A stretch of DNA of 28,338 bases from a bacterium (GTDB taxonomy: Bacteria; Patescibacteriota; Microgenomatia; Daviesbacterales; UBA10151), in assembly GCA_021786105.1 (NCBI GenBank), contig JAJYNW010000014.1:1-28338 (forward strand), read 5' to 3'. Below, piece after piece: positions 8,190-17,999 of this stretch. The translations under genes were made by a program, and so were the position numbers. Every line of letters starts with the position of its first letter. Position 1 is the first letter of the stretch. Under the pieces are notes generated by a model. The model did not search any database and was not told the origin of the DNA. It saw only the letters and a program-made list of their open reading frames with translations.

Positions 8190-10679
8190 TCAGTAGCTAT
8201 ATTCCAAACTCCCTTTATTAGTGGTAAGGAATAAAGTGACTAAACCGTTACGCGTTTCCTTTAATTTTTCTTTTTCACCATTATCTATGTATATCTCGCT
8301 TTTATTTAGCTTCGCATTGTAACGAATCCTGATTTTGACTTTATCCTTCAGGCTAAACTCTTGCAGTAATTTTATTTGTTTCTTTTGTTTGTCTTCGAAT
8401 TTAACCAGATACTGGTTTTTGGGCAGATAAATCGGTTTTTGGTCATTGTATTTTAGGTAATAAATTCTTAATGAATAATTTTGGGAATCTTTTTCTTTGT
8501 CTTTGTCAAAGTTTTTAACACCTATCTCCAGCGTATTTCCTGCTTGGTCTGTAATTTTATAAATTTTCTTCGATAATTTATTATCTGAATGATCGTCTTC
8601 TTTCTCTTTTTTATCCTCATCGTTTTTATCATAGTTGATGATTTCTGAAGTGACTGTTGTTTGGTTTGTATCCATGCCAATTACTGTGAGATCTTTCTTT
8701 TGGTTATCAAAATAAATCTTTGCCTCAGGCGGAGTTTTATCAATATGAAAGTTTAAAGTTTGTTTTTGTTCCTGATTTTCAGCTTTATCGTAAGACTGGT
8801 AAACAATTTGATAATCACCTTCGTTTTCAAAAACAAGGGGATTGGTATATTCAAACCAATCAGTGCCATTGAGAGTGTATAAGGTATACTCTAACCCAAC
8901 CCCGTCTTTATTATCTTGGCCCAAGAGTTTTATCTTAACTGGTGTATGATACCATCCCTGCTCTCCTTGATCTCCTGTAATATTAACGATTGTAGTTGGT
9001 GGAGTAAGATCTTTCTCATCACCCATGACCGCAAAATGAGATAAATGAGTAACCTCTGTGGAAATAGTTTTGTTGCTGGTGTCAATTGTTGTGGGTAACT
9101 CTTCCCATGATTTATTTTGTTCATTGAAGTATCGAAACTTAAGTGTATTCTCATTAATGTTAGTTAAATTTGCCTTGGAGTAGTTAACAATGATTTTGAT
9201 TGGTATTGAAAATTGGGTAACAGGTTGACCGTTGCTATAAGCATTGAGATAGATAGAAGGTGTAATACTTGTTGTGTAATTGGAGAGAGATTCAAATGGG
9301 CCTACTTTGTAAACTAAATCAAATGACGAACCATATGCTCCTGCCGGAACTATAATAATTGTGTCGTCTGTAGTTAATGCTCCTCCTGCTAAAGATATGT
9401 TAACTGATTTAGGAGGAGAAGCAGGTAAGAACAAATTATAGCTACTTGTTCCGGATCTTGTGCCATTATTCCAGACAGACCAGGGATCTGTTGTTTCTCC
9501 CTCCCAGCCGAGAGGGTCAGTCACGCCATATGGAAATTCATCATTAAAGGAATTATTGTTATTGGAATCCTTAAAAACAGAGAAATGAATATGAGGTCCA
9601 TCAGTCTTGCCTGTCATGCCAACTTTACCAATTTGTTGTCCTTGTTTGACATCAATGCTTTGTCCCTCAGTTGAGATAATTAAATCATCACTGCTTAGAT
9701 GCTCGTACCAAGTTTGATAGCCATTACCATGATCAATTTTAATCACATTACCAGCTCCTCCGCTGTTTTGCCAGGATTTAAAAGTAGCTTTGCCAGAAGC
9801 AGCAGCTAATACGGGAGTATTCAATCCCACTCCAACTGTTGATCCATAATCATACCCATTATGGGATCTATAGGGACGTTGAATAGTTTCTCCGACATAA
9901 GTCATTACTTGCCAGTTGCAACATTGATTTTGTAATGGATATTGGTGGTCAAACCAGGAAAAAGGGTTAAGGGCCATGTAATTAAAACTACTTCCTTGGG
10001 CTTTATAATCCCAAGGTAAATCCAGGAAAGGTTGAGGATCTAAAGATGTAACTTTGATATTATCAAACTGAACTTTTTCGTATCCAATGCTTCCAGTCCA
10101 TGTGGATAAGCTTATAAATCCAGTTCGGGTTCTTAAGTCGTCATCTTTATAATTAAATACCAACTCTTGATTAATCCATGCCTTGATGTTTGTATTAAGA
10201 ACCTCTATTGTTATGTGGTAAGGGTGATTATTAATGAATGAAGTTGGTCTATACTTAGCTAATACTGTAGCGTTTTCTTGTGATCCCTGCCAATATACTT
10301 TATACAAAACAGCTTCTGGTGTATTATTCGGGCCCGTTCCATGTCGTAAAGTTAGCTCGTAATTAGTATTGTAGATACTATTATTTCTGAAGCCAATTCC
10401 TTCATCTATTCCCGAGATGTTATTTACATCAACTTCCAGCTTATAATCTTGCCAATTATCACTACCTATCTCAATTCTTCCAGGTTTATTTATTCCTGAC
10501 AATTCGCTTATTAATACTCCATTTTCTACTCTCCAATTTCCCCATCGGACTTTCCAATTATTTAAGCTATTGCTATTGAAATTGTCATTGAAGAGTATAT
10601 TGCTCTCGTTTGATTGAGCTTTAATGCTACTGGGTAGCAAGAGTGATAGGAATACCAGTATGGCGAGTAATTTTCGCAT
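8190..10679 (-). CDS. secreted multidomain M23 metallopeptidase (lectin-like N-domain, M23, Ig-like domains)
   Basis: Signal peptide; M23 motifs HNGYD (HxxxD), GNVIKIDHGNGYQTWYEHL, GPHIHF (HxH); DUF1080-like N-terminus (LFNDNF...VQFDNIKV); VTHLSHFAV and DLTPPTT...IDKTPP Ig-like modules. Confidence 0.85.
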   Translation of the reverse strand: MRKLLAILVFLSLLLPSSIKAQSNESNILFNDNFNSNSLNNWKVRWGNWRVENGVLISELSGINKPGRIEIGSDNWQDYKLEVDVNNISGIDEGIGFRNNSIYNTNYELTLRHGTGPNNTPEAVLYKVYWQGSQENATVLAKYRPTSFINNHPYHITIEVLNTNIKAWINQELVFNYKDDDLRTRTGFISLSTWTGSIGYEKVQFDNIKVTSLDPQPFLDLPWDYKAQGSSFNYMALNPFSWFDHQYPLQNQCCNWQVMTYVGETIQRPYRSHNGYDYGSTVGVGLNTPVLAAASGKATFKSWQNSGGAGNVIKIDHGNGYQTWYEHLSSDDLIISTEGQSIDVKQGQQIGKVGMTGKTDGPHIHFSVFKDSNNNNSFNDEFPYGVTDPLGWEGETTDPWSVWNNGTRSGTSSYNLFLPASPPKSVNISLAGGALTTDDTIIIVPAGAYGSSFDLVYKVGPFESLSNYTTSITPSIYLNAYSNGQPVTQFSIPIKIIVNYSKANLTNINENTLKFRYFNEQNKSWEELPTTIDTSNKTISTEVTHLSHFAVMGDEKDLTPPTTIVNITGDQGEQGWYHTPVKIKLLGQDNKDGVGLEYTLYTLNGTDWFEYTNPLVFENEGDYQIVYQSYDKAENQEQKQTLNFHIDKTPPEAKIYFDNQKKDLTVIGMDTNQTTVTSEIINYDKNDEDKKEKEDDHSDNKLSKKIYKITDQAGNTLEIGVKNFDKDKEKDSQNYSLRIYYLKYNDQKPIYLPKNQYLVKFEDKQKKQIKLLQEFSLKDKVKIRIRYNAKLNKSEIYIDNGEKEKLKETRNGLVTLFLTTNKGSLEYSY

Positions 10680-10802
10680 TGTGCAAAATAGTTACTACCT
10701 TAATTATTAACGGTTTAGAGGAATATAGTCAAGTCAAGCTTTTTATAGAATTATCAGTTAGATTAAGTGAATTTTAGATCAATATTCTGTTAAAATAGGA
10801 AT

Positions 10803-12035
10803 GTGATAAAGACAATTCTAACAAATTCAGCTTGGTTTTTTGGAGCTCAAGTTATAATTAAACTCATCTCTTTTTGTTATACCATTTTTTTGGCTAGGAA
10901 TCTGGGAGTTTCTGATTTTGGGCTCTATTCTGTTGCTTTGGCTTATTTTTCTCTTTTTTCATCGATTTCAGATTTTGGTTTTAATAGATACTTAATTACA
11001 GAATTAGCAATTAATAGTTCTAAAATCCCTCAATTATTATTCGGCATTGGTATATTTAGAGTTACCGTAACTTCTATTTTATTCGCAGTTTTTGCAATAG
11101 TTTTATATTTATTTGATCCAGAAAAAATTAGAGTTTCTTTAATTCTTCTTGCAACTTTGTCAACTATACCACAAGCAGCTGCTTTTACTTTCGATTCTGT
11201 TTTTGTAGCTTTGGAGAAACTACAGTATTCAGCGCTTGGTTTAATAGCGTTGAGTATTTCTACAATAATATTAGGAGTATATTTTATTTTATCTGGATAT
11301 GGTGTTATGGGAGCTATAGGGGTGTTAATAGTTGGGCAAATCGTTTATCTTACAATTTTGGCAATTTCTTTTATGAGGCAAAAATTTGTCCTACATATAA
11401 ACATAAACTGGCTTATTATCAAAAATATTATTTTAGGATCATTCCCTTATGGTTTTGTGGGAGTATTAGGTCTTTTGTACTTTAAAGTAGATACGCTCAT
11501 TTTAAGTTATCTGAAAGGTAGCTTTGATGTTGGAATTTACAGTGCCGGTTATAAATTTTTGGAGGCCTTAATATTTATTCCATCTTCTTTATCTCTTGCA
11601 CTTTTTCCTAATATTGTGAAATGGATCGAAACTAATCCTTCAAGGGTTTATAATCTATATGTTAAATCAACAATCTTATTGTTCTTTATTTCTTTGGGAG
11701 TTGTGGCTGCCTATTTATTACTTCTTCCTCAGGTTATTACATTCTTTTTGCCTCAGTATTTATCCTCGATTGCTGTAATTAAGATATTATCGCTCACAAT
11801 TCCGTTTATGTTTATGATATCAATCCAAGGAATAACGTTGTTTTCTGATAAGAAGTTCTTAAAAGCATTAGTTGTTGTATCGATTTTTAATTTGGTATTA
11901 AATATTGTAATGAATTTCTACTTAATTCCCAGATACAGTTATTTTGGGTCTGCTTGGGCAACATTGATATCTGATGTAATTGGTTTCACGATATTTTTCT
12001 TCTACATTAAGGGAAAGTTGCAGAGACTGAAATGA
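10803..12035 (+). CDS. Wzx-type oligosaccharide flippase
   Basis: ILTNSAW, LARNLGVSDFGLYS, SDFGFN, VGIYSAGYK, LIPRYSYFGSAWAT; about 12 TM. Confidence 0.9.
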   Translation: MIKTILTNSAWFFGAQVIIKLISFCYTIFLARNLGVSDFGLYSVALAYFSLFSSISDFGFNRYLITELAINSSKIPQLLFGIGIFRVTVTSILFAVFAIVLYLFDPEKIRVSLILLATLSTIPQAAAFTFDSVFVALEKLQYSALGLIALSISTIILGVYFILSGYGVMGAIGVLIVGQIVYLTILAISFMRQKFVLHININWLIIKNIILGSFPYGFVGVLGLLYFKVDTLILSYLKGSFDVGIYSAGYKFLEALIFIPSSLSLALFPNIVKWIETNPSRVYNLYVKSTILLFFISLGVVAAYLLLLPQVITFFLPQYLSSIAVIKILSLTIPFMFMISIQGITLFSDKKFLKALVVVSIFNLVLNIVMNFYLIPRYSYFGSAWATLISDVIGFTIFFFYIKGKLQRLK

Positions 12036-12748
12036 TATATCCAGCTCGACAGCAATTTAATTTTGATACGGCTATCCGCTATGGTCCTATTGTTGAAGAA
12101 ATAGAGCGATCGAGACGGAAAGAATCCCCTGTTTTAGAGATTGGTTCAGGCGGTAGTGGGATATCCGATTACTTTAGTGGTCAGGTTATAGGGATAGATA
12201 CTGATTTCTCGAAAACTGGAACTAAGAAGAATCAAAATATCAAATATATTAAGGCTTCGGTTTTTAAATTACCATTTAAGACAAATAGTTTTTATCAAGT
12301 TGTATGTTTGGATACTTTAGAACATATTCAAGTAAACAGAAGGAGGGAGGCAATTAAAGAGATGTTAAGGATTACAAAAAAAGGAGGGAAAATTTTTTTA
12401 GGGTTTCCATTTGGTGAAAAAAGTATAAGGATGGAGGGTAGGATCAATAATCTTTTTAAAAAAGTTTATGGAAAGGATCATCTATGGCTTTTGGAACATA
12501 AAAAAAATGGGTTGCCAAAAATAGAAGATGTTAAGCAATATCTACTAGATTGCGGAATTAAAGAGAATCAATTTGAAATCTCATACAATGCTAACTTACT
12601 GTGCTGGTTCTTATTGCACTGGTTTTTTACAGTTAACCCTGGAAAGTTTTTAAGTCGGGTTTTAAGGTTAGCATACAAACAACTTTTCTTTTTATTAAGA
12701 ATTAATTTGCCGCCTTATTATCGAGCTATATTTACCATAAAAAAATGA
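12032..12748 (+). CDS. class I SAM-dependent methyltransferase
   Basis: VLEIGSG, IGIDTD, LPFKTNSF, DTLEHI, EMLRITKKGG; ATGA overlap with the flippase. Confidence 0.88.
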   Translation: MIYPARQQFNFDTAIRYGPIVEEIERSRRKESPVLEIGSGGSGISDYFSGQVIGIDTDFSKTGTKKNQNIKYIKASVFKLPFKTNSFYQVVCLDTLEHIQVNRRREAIKEMLRITKKGGKIFLGFPFGEKSIRMEGRINNLFKKVYGKDHLWLLEHKKNGLPKIEDVKQYLLDCGIKENQFEISYNANLLCWFLLHWFFTVNPGKFLSRVLRLAYKQLFFLLRINLPPYYRAIFTIKK

Positions 12749-13725
12749 AATCGTTGGTCTCAGTAGTAATTCCTAATTGGAACGGTAAGCATTTGTTAAA
12801 AGCTTGCCTTGGTTCTCTTCGAAGTCAGGCTCTAAAAAATTTTGAGGTGATAGTGGTTGATAACGGGTCCAATGATGGTTCATTAGATTTTATTGAGAAA
12901 TATTTTCCCACAGTGCGAATAATTAAACTGAAAAAAAACTACGGTTTTGCTAAAGCGATAAACGAAGGTATAAAAGTTGCAAAAGGAGATTATATTACTT
13001 TAATTAATAATGATACTGAAGTTCATAGTAAATGCCTGTATTATTTGGTTCAAACAGCTAAACGACATCCTAAAGTAGGATTTGTAGCTGCAAAAATGCT
13101 TAATTTTTATAAAAGAAATATAATCGATTCCGCTGGAGATTATATTGATGAGGTAGGGCATGCTAATAATATTGGTTTAGGTAGAGCTGATGATTCAAAT
13201 TTTAATACACCTGGTTATGCTTTTTTAGTGACAGGAGGAGGCTGTCTTTTTAAGAGAGTAATTTTTCAAAAAGTAGGATTCTTTGATGAAAATTATTTTG
13301 CATATTTTGAGGATGTAGACTTGTGTTTACGAGCTCAGCTTCAAGGATTTAAAGGTTGGTATGAGCCCAAGGCAGTTATATATCATATTCACAAAGCGAC
13401 TTCTGCTAAAAACCGAGATTTGCTTGAATACCTACAGTTTAGAAATATGACTCAGACTATTATTAAGGATTTTCCGACCTCTATTTTACTTAAGAGATGG
13501 AGGTGGTTGAAAATAATATTAGTAAATTTAAATACTATTTTTTACCAATTAAAAAATGGTTATTTTTGGCCACCAATTTTAGCAGACCTGTGGATTATTT
13601 TTCATTTGCCATATCTTTTAAAAGAAAGAAGAAGGATACAAAAAAGCAGGAAAGTAAGTGACGAATATATTGAAAGCTTTTTAAGAGAAAAGGAGATTAC
13701 CTTTTGGGGTTTATCAAAGGTCTAA
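12745..13725 (+). CDS. glycosyltransferase family 2
   Basis: VSVVIPNWNG, VVDNGSNDGS, NYGFAKAIN, NNDT, FDENYFAYFEDVDLCLR. Confidence 0.93.
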   Translation: MKSLVSVVIPNWNGKHLLKACLGSLRSQALKNFEVIVVDNGSNDGSLDFIEKYFPTVRIIKLKKNYGFAKAINEGIKVAKGDYITLINNDTEVHSKCLYYLVQTAKRHPKVGFVAAKMLNFYKRNIIDSAGDYIDEVGHANNIGLGRADDSNFNTPGYAFLVTGGGCLFKRVIFQKVGFFDENYFAYFEDVDLCLRAQLQGFKGWYEPKAVIYHIHKATSAKNRDLLEYLQFRNMTQTIIKDFPTSILLKRWRWLKIILVNLNTIFYQLKNGYFWPPILADLWIIFHLPYLLKERRRIQKSRKVSDEYIESFLREKEITFWGLSKV

Positions 13726-14981
13726 TAAGGTTGGCCGATGATGCGAAGGACAAATAATCCCGCTAAGATTCCGTTTACTAAAATCAGTAGGGAGAAAATT
13801 ATTAAGAATATTTTTTGATAATTCTTCATTTCTTTAAAAAACTGCATAAGTCCCAGGGCAAAAATGGGATTTGAATTTATTAGGATTCTGTTTCCAAAAG
13901 AATCACCTTGAGTTGGGTCTATCCAACTGCTAACTACATAAACTTGGAGAAGGAAAAAGATAACTAATAAAGTTCCTACTAATTTAATTTTCTTAGTTAA
14001 CCAATATAAACCGATTGAGGCAAATATTAAAATCGGGGACCACACATAAAGACCTCTTTGGAAGGAAAATAGCGTATAAGGAATTTTAGGTGATAACAAA
14101 TAAGGAAAACCGGCATCATACGCTCCGGTTCGGAGGGGAGAGCCAAAAAGGTAATTATTAACGCTTAATTGGATAGAGATGATTAGTCCGACAAAAAATA
14201 AAAATACCAAGACTTTGGAAAAATTAGGTAATATTTTTTTAAGGTTATCGATAATCGGGATAAGCAGTAATAACGAGTCTTGGTATCTGACAATAGTCAT
14301 TAGTCCCCCGATTGCTCCCAGTATTATCCACTGGTAAAGTTTGCGGTTGTTTCTGGTTGTATACCAAAGATAAACAAAAGCGCTGACACAAAAGAAAGAA
14401 AGCGGTTGGGAGGTGAGTGGTTCCATAGTCATATAATAGATTAGGGGGGTAGCTAACCAAATAAATAAAGTTCCCAAGAAAGCAATTTTCGGGTCAAAAA
14501 TTTTCTTGCCCAATTGGTATATAAATAGCAATCCCAAAAAAGCATACAGTAAGCTGGCAACAGCAGCAGATGCCTGATACACAAGACTATACCCATCAGT
14601 AACTACCCCAACTCCCGCAATTTGTAATACCGTCAAAATTCCGTGAGTTATTAAATAAGGGGGAATCAAAAAAACAGCACTTCCAATAGGATATTTAGTG
14701 GGTTCCCGGCCAGTTGTTTGATTTATCGGCAAGATAAAAGGTATTTTGCGGTTGCCGGTGAACGGCGATCTTTGATTGTAGAAATACTCAAATTCATCCT
14801 TAAAATCTAAATCCCTGTCAACTACGATTGATCGCAAAGTAGCGTAGTAATAAACAGCGTCTCCGCCGATAGCGCTTTTGGTTTTATATATTCTGCCCAG
14901 GAGAAGAAAAATACTTATTAATAAAATGATCCCCAATATAATCAGGTGATGTTTGGGATTATTTAGCAGGCGGTTTAACAT
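13722..14981 (-). CDS. GT-C fold (ArnT/PMT-like) membrane glycosyltransferase
   Basis: GGDAVYYY acidic motif in the first external loop, KYPIG, polytopic, SFGNR motif near the C-terminus. Confidence 0.7.
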   Translation of the reverse strand: MLNRLLNNPKHHLIILGIILLISIFLLLGRIYKTKSAIGGDAVYYYATLRSIVVDRDLDFKDEFEYFYNQRSPFTGNRKIPFILPINQTTGREPTKYPIGSAVFLIPPYLITHGILTVLQIAGVGVVTDGYSLVYQASAAVASLLYAFLGLLFIYQLGKKIFDPKIAFLGTLFIWLATPLIYYMTMEPLTSQPLSFFCVSAFVYLWYTTRNNRKLYQWIILGAIGGLMTIVRYQDSLLLLIPIIDNLKKILPNFSKVLVFLFFVGLIISIQLSVNNYLFGSPLRTGAYDAGFPYLLSPKIPYTLFSFQRGLYVWSPILIFASIGLYWLTKKIKLVGTLLVIFFLLQVYVVSSWIDPTQGDSFGNRILINSNPIFALGLMQFFKEMKNYQKIFLIIFSLLILVNGILAGLFVLRIIGQPY

Positions 14982-16116
14982 ACGAAGCGCTTAAGGATAG
15001 TATAACCCAAATAAGGATAAAAGGATAAAACAAACTGTTGGCAAAAAATGAGTGTCCTAAAAGTCCGACGACTCCGGCTATTAAACCCGTATTTTTAGTT
15101 TTGAAAATTCCCAGTAAAAAAAATAAATAAGCAAATATCCCTAAAATGCCGGTGGTAGCTAAAACATAAAGTAAACTGGAGTCGTTAGTGGTTGCACCTT
15201 TGCCGGATAAAAATTGATTATCTCCTAAACTATATTGTCTGAGTGCAACATTGTAAGCGTTGTAGCCAATACCCAAGATAGGATTTTTTAGGAAAATATC
15301 AAACCCTTGCTGCCAGGTTGATAATCTGAGGGAGGCTGTTTGGTTTCTGTCTAAAGGCGTAATTTTGTTAACTGCTTTAACTTGAGTTTGGAAGGAAAAT
15401 AGAAGTACGGCAAAAAGGAAAATAGTTAGAAGTGCTAACTTTATCGATCTTTTGAAAGCTGCCAAAGTTAAAAAGCTGATTAAAAACATGCCGTAAGCGG
15501 ATCTTGAAAAAGTAGTCAACAAGGCCAGAAAAATTAATACATAAAATAAAATATTCAGTTTCTTGTTCTTGGCGGGATTTCGATAAAGTATTATTAACGT
15601 TAATACTAGGTAGCTGCCTAAAAAATTAGGGTCTAAGAAAGTAGAAGCAGTTCGGTATAGGTGAGGATCCCAGCCATATTGGGATAAAAATCTTAAGTCC
15701 GGTAAAAAGATAAACTGCGCAAGTCCTAAAATAGTCAGGGTTAAACCGGAGGAAAACAAGATTTGCGTTATTTTATTTTTTAACAAAGGAAAAGCGCCGG
15801 AATAAATTTCCCAACCAAGGAAAATATAAGCACTAAATCTGATAGTATAAAGGAAGCTGGAAAAAAACTGGGAAGCATTTAGGTGTAGCGGAGAAAGAAC
15901 AAGCGACAAAATTGCCACCAGAATAAATAATAATGCGCCGGCTAAAGAAAAAGGCGGCTTTTTAAATTTTAGTTTTAATTTGAATAAACCAAAGCCGGTC
16001 AGGATTAAAACCGTTGCATCCAGTAAAGTGACGCCGCTATTTTGCGAAAGCGGCAGTTTAATTAATTGACCGACTGTAATTGCCAATGTTAGAATCAGGC
16101 TGAAAAGTATCTCCAT
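14959..16116 (-). CDS. O-antigen ligase/polymerase (Wzy_C/WaaL) family protein
   Basis: RTASTFLDPNFLG, TFSRSA, RLSTWQQG, NPILGIGYN, GHSFF. Confidence 0.88.
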   Translation of the reverse strand: MEILFSLILTLAITVGQLIKLPLSQNSGVTLLDATVLILTGFGLFKLKLKFKKPPFSLAGALLFILVAILSLVLSPLHLNASQFFSSFLYTIRFSAYIFLGWEIYSGAFPLLKNKITQILFSSGLTLTILGLAQFIFLPDLRFLSQYGWDPHLYRTASTFLDPNFLGSYLVLTLIILYRNPAKNKKLNILFYVLIFLALLTTFSRSAYGMFLISFLTLAAFKRSIKLALLTIFLFAVLLFSFQTQVKAVNKITPLDRNQTASLRLSTWQQGFDIFLKNPILGIGYNAYNVALRQYSLGDNQFLSGKGATTNDSSLLYVLATTGILGIFAYLFFLLGIFKTKNTGLIAGVVGLLGHSFFANSLFYPFILIWVILSLSASYVKPPAK

Positions 16117-16120
16117 CTAT

Positions 16121-17155
16121 ATGAAATTATATCCTAATATCACTTATATTTTTATAATCTGGTTAGTCTCATTACTGCTGATTTCAATTTTCGGTTTTTC
16201 TACTTTACCACACTCCGGTTATTTTGGTAATGATTTTTGGAAGAGTTTGGCAAACTGGGACGGCGGTCATTTTTTGGGAATTGCCCAAGTTGGTTATAGC
16301 CAAAAATTTCAATATGCTTTTTTCCCGCTATACCCGCTGACGATTAAAGCATTAAATCAGGTCACGGGTAATTATCAGGTAGCGGCAATTTTTGTTAGTG
16401 TAATCGCTGCTTTTTTTGGAGTGCAACTTCTTTACAAATTGCTCATTTTGGATTTTGAGAAAAAAATTGCCGAAAAGGCAGTTTTGGCTTTTTTATTTTT
16501 TCCTACCTCCTTTTATTTATTAACCGCTTATTCAGAAAGTTTATTCTTTTTCTTAACGATTAGTGCATTTTACTTTTTGAAAAAAAACAAATTAGCTTGG
16601 GCAATTGGCGCAGCCTCTTTAGCATCATCTGTTCGTTTGGTTGGTTTGGCGGTGGTAGTGGCAATATTAATTGAAGTTGGTGCCAGAGGAGGGTTTAACC
16701 GCAAAAACTGGTACTTAATTTTTGCTCCATTGGGGTTTGTAATTTACTGTATTTTTTTGTACCGGCAGACCGGAGATCCGTTTTATTTTATAGCTGCGGA
16801 AAATCACTGGCAAAGAACACTGGCAGTTCCCGGTATTGGTTTTTGGGAAGCATTAAAAGGAATACCAAATAATTTATCGGATTTAATTTTTGCTATATTG
16901 GGGGTAGGGTTTGCCATCAGATCTTTTAGATTCATGCCGGCTTCGTTTGCCTTTTATAGTTTGTTGTCTGTGGGGATTCCGCTTTTTACCCCGACTCTTT
17001 CTTCTATGCCCAGGTTTTTATTGCTAGTATTTCCGATATTTATTTTAATGGCTTTGGTTAAAAATCATTATCTTCAGCTTTTTTTCCAGCTGATTTCCAT
17101 AATGCTTTTGGGAATTTTTACCGTGCTTTTTGTTAACGGTTACTGGGTTTCTTAA
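16121..17155 (+). CDS. PIG-V-like (GT76-type) mannosyltransferase family protein
   Basis: ANWDGGHFLGIAQVGY, AFFPLYP, FPTSFYL, YSESLF, SMPRF. Confidence 0.85.
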   Translation: MKLYPNITYIFIIWLVSLLLISIFGFSTLPHSGYFGNDFWKSLANWDGGHFLGIAQVGYSQKFQYAFFPLYPLTIKALNQVTGNYQVAAIFVSVIAAFFGVQLLYKLLILDFEKKIAEKAVLAFLFFPTSFYLLTAYSESLFFFLTISAFYFLKKNKLAWAIGAASLASSVRLVGLAVVVAILIEVGARGGFNRKNWYLIFAPLGFVIYCIFLYRQTGDPFYFIAAENHWQRTLAVPGIGFWEALKGIPNNLSDLIFAILGVGFAIRSFRFMPASFAFYSLLSVGIPLFTPTLSSMPRFLLLVFPIFILMALVKNHYLQLFFQLISIMLLGIFTVLFVNGYWVS

Positions 17156-17883
17156 GGAGTGTAATTAACAGTTCTTTGCATCTCAGTGGTGTTAGAGGTG
17201 GTATTAACAGCTTTGATGGAGATGGTATTATCCCCGTCATTTAACTGTTGGTCAATTCCGAAACTGCCGTCACTGCCAACAATCACTTGAGTTCCGTTAA
17301 TAAAAACATTTACCCCGGGGTCAGTTTTACCGGCAACTCTGACTTTTTTATCTCCACCCTGAATTTTTTTGTTGTCTTCGGGTTCGGAAATACTTAGCAG
17401 CGGTTTTTCATTATCATAAATTAGTTTAATAGTTTTGGAAGGTAAACTTTCTTTATTTTGGTCATCAACAGTTTTTGCATAAATATTGTTTGTCCCCAAG
17501 CTTAAAGAAACCTGCTCAAAAGTAAAACTGCCATCACTGGAAACATCAACTGTTTGCTGGGGTTCGTCATCCAGATAAAGTTTAACTTTCGAATCAGCCG
17601 TTCCGTAGCCGCCAATATTAATTTGGGAGCTGTTGGTGGCTTCATAAGGAATATTTAATACCGGAGGGGCCAGGGAAGAATTTTCTGTTGATTGAGTAAT
17701 GGTTTTTTTGGGCGGATTGGTAATATTTTTAATAAAGCCAATACTGCCAATTAAAGAAGGGAGAATCCAGGTAATGGTGGAATAGCCAAGAATGGCAATG
17801 AGTACTAAGGTAATAATAAAATTACGTTGGCTTTTGTTGGCATACCGTTTGGCGGCTCTGCGGGACCGATATCGATAACTCAT
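17152..17883 (-). CDS. membrane-anchored protein with two bacterial Ig-like domains
   Basis: Basic N-terminus, one TM helix, repeated DGSF...LxxGxNxI beta-sandwich pattern. Start reset to ATG 17883 because the longer track ORF overlaps tRNA-Gly. Confidence 0.8.
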   Translation of the reverse strand: MSYRYRSRRAAKRYANKSQRNFIITLVLIAILGYSTITWILPSLIGSIGFIKNITNPPKKTITQSTENSSLAPPVLNIPYEATNSSQINIGGYGTADSKVKLYLDDEPQQTVDVSSDGSFTFEQVSLSLGTNNIYAKTVDDQNKESLPSKTIKLIYDNEKPLLSISEPEDNKKIQGGDKKVRVAGKTDPGVNVFINGTQVIVGSDGSFGIDQQLNDGDNTISIKAVNTTSNTTEMQRTVNYTP

Positions 17884-17925
17884 ATGATTAGAATATACCA
17901 AAATCTGGTAAAATATACGAGTTCT

Positions 17926-17997
17926 GCGGTGGTAGTTCAGTGGTAGAATGTCTCCTTCCCAAGGAGAAGGTCGGGGGTTCGAGTCCCCTCCACCGCT
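17926..17997 (+). tRNA. tRNA-Gly(CCC), full CCA not encoded
   Basis: Acceptor GCGGTGG/CCACCGC, anticodon arm TCTCC-TTCCCAA-GGAGA, T arm GGGGG-TTCGAGT-CCCCT, U73. Confidence 0.95.
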
Positions 17998-17999
17998 CC

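Noticed and set aside
6868-13725. Prophage or integrative element at tRNA-Val
   Set aside because: No integrase, phage genes or repeat of the tRNA 3' end seen.
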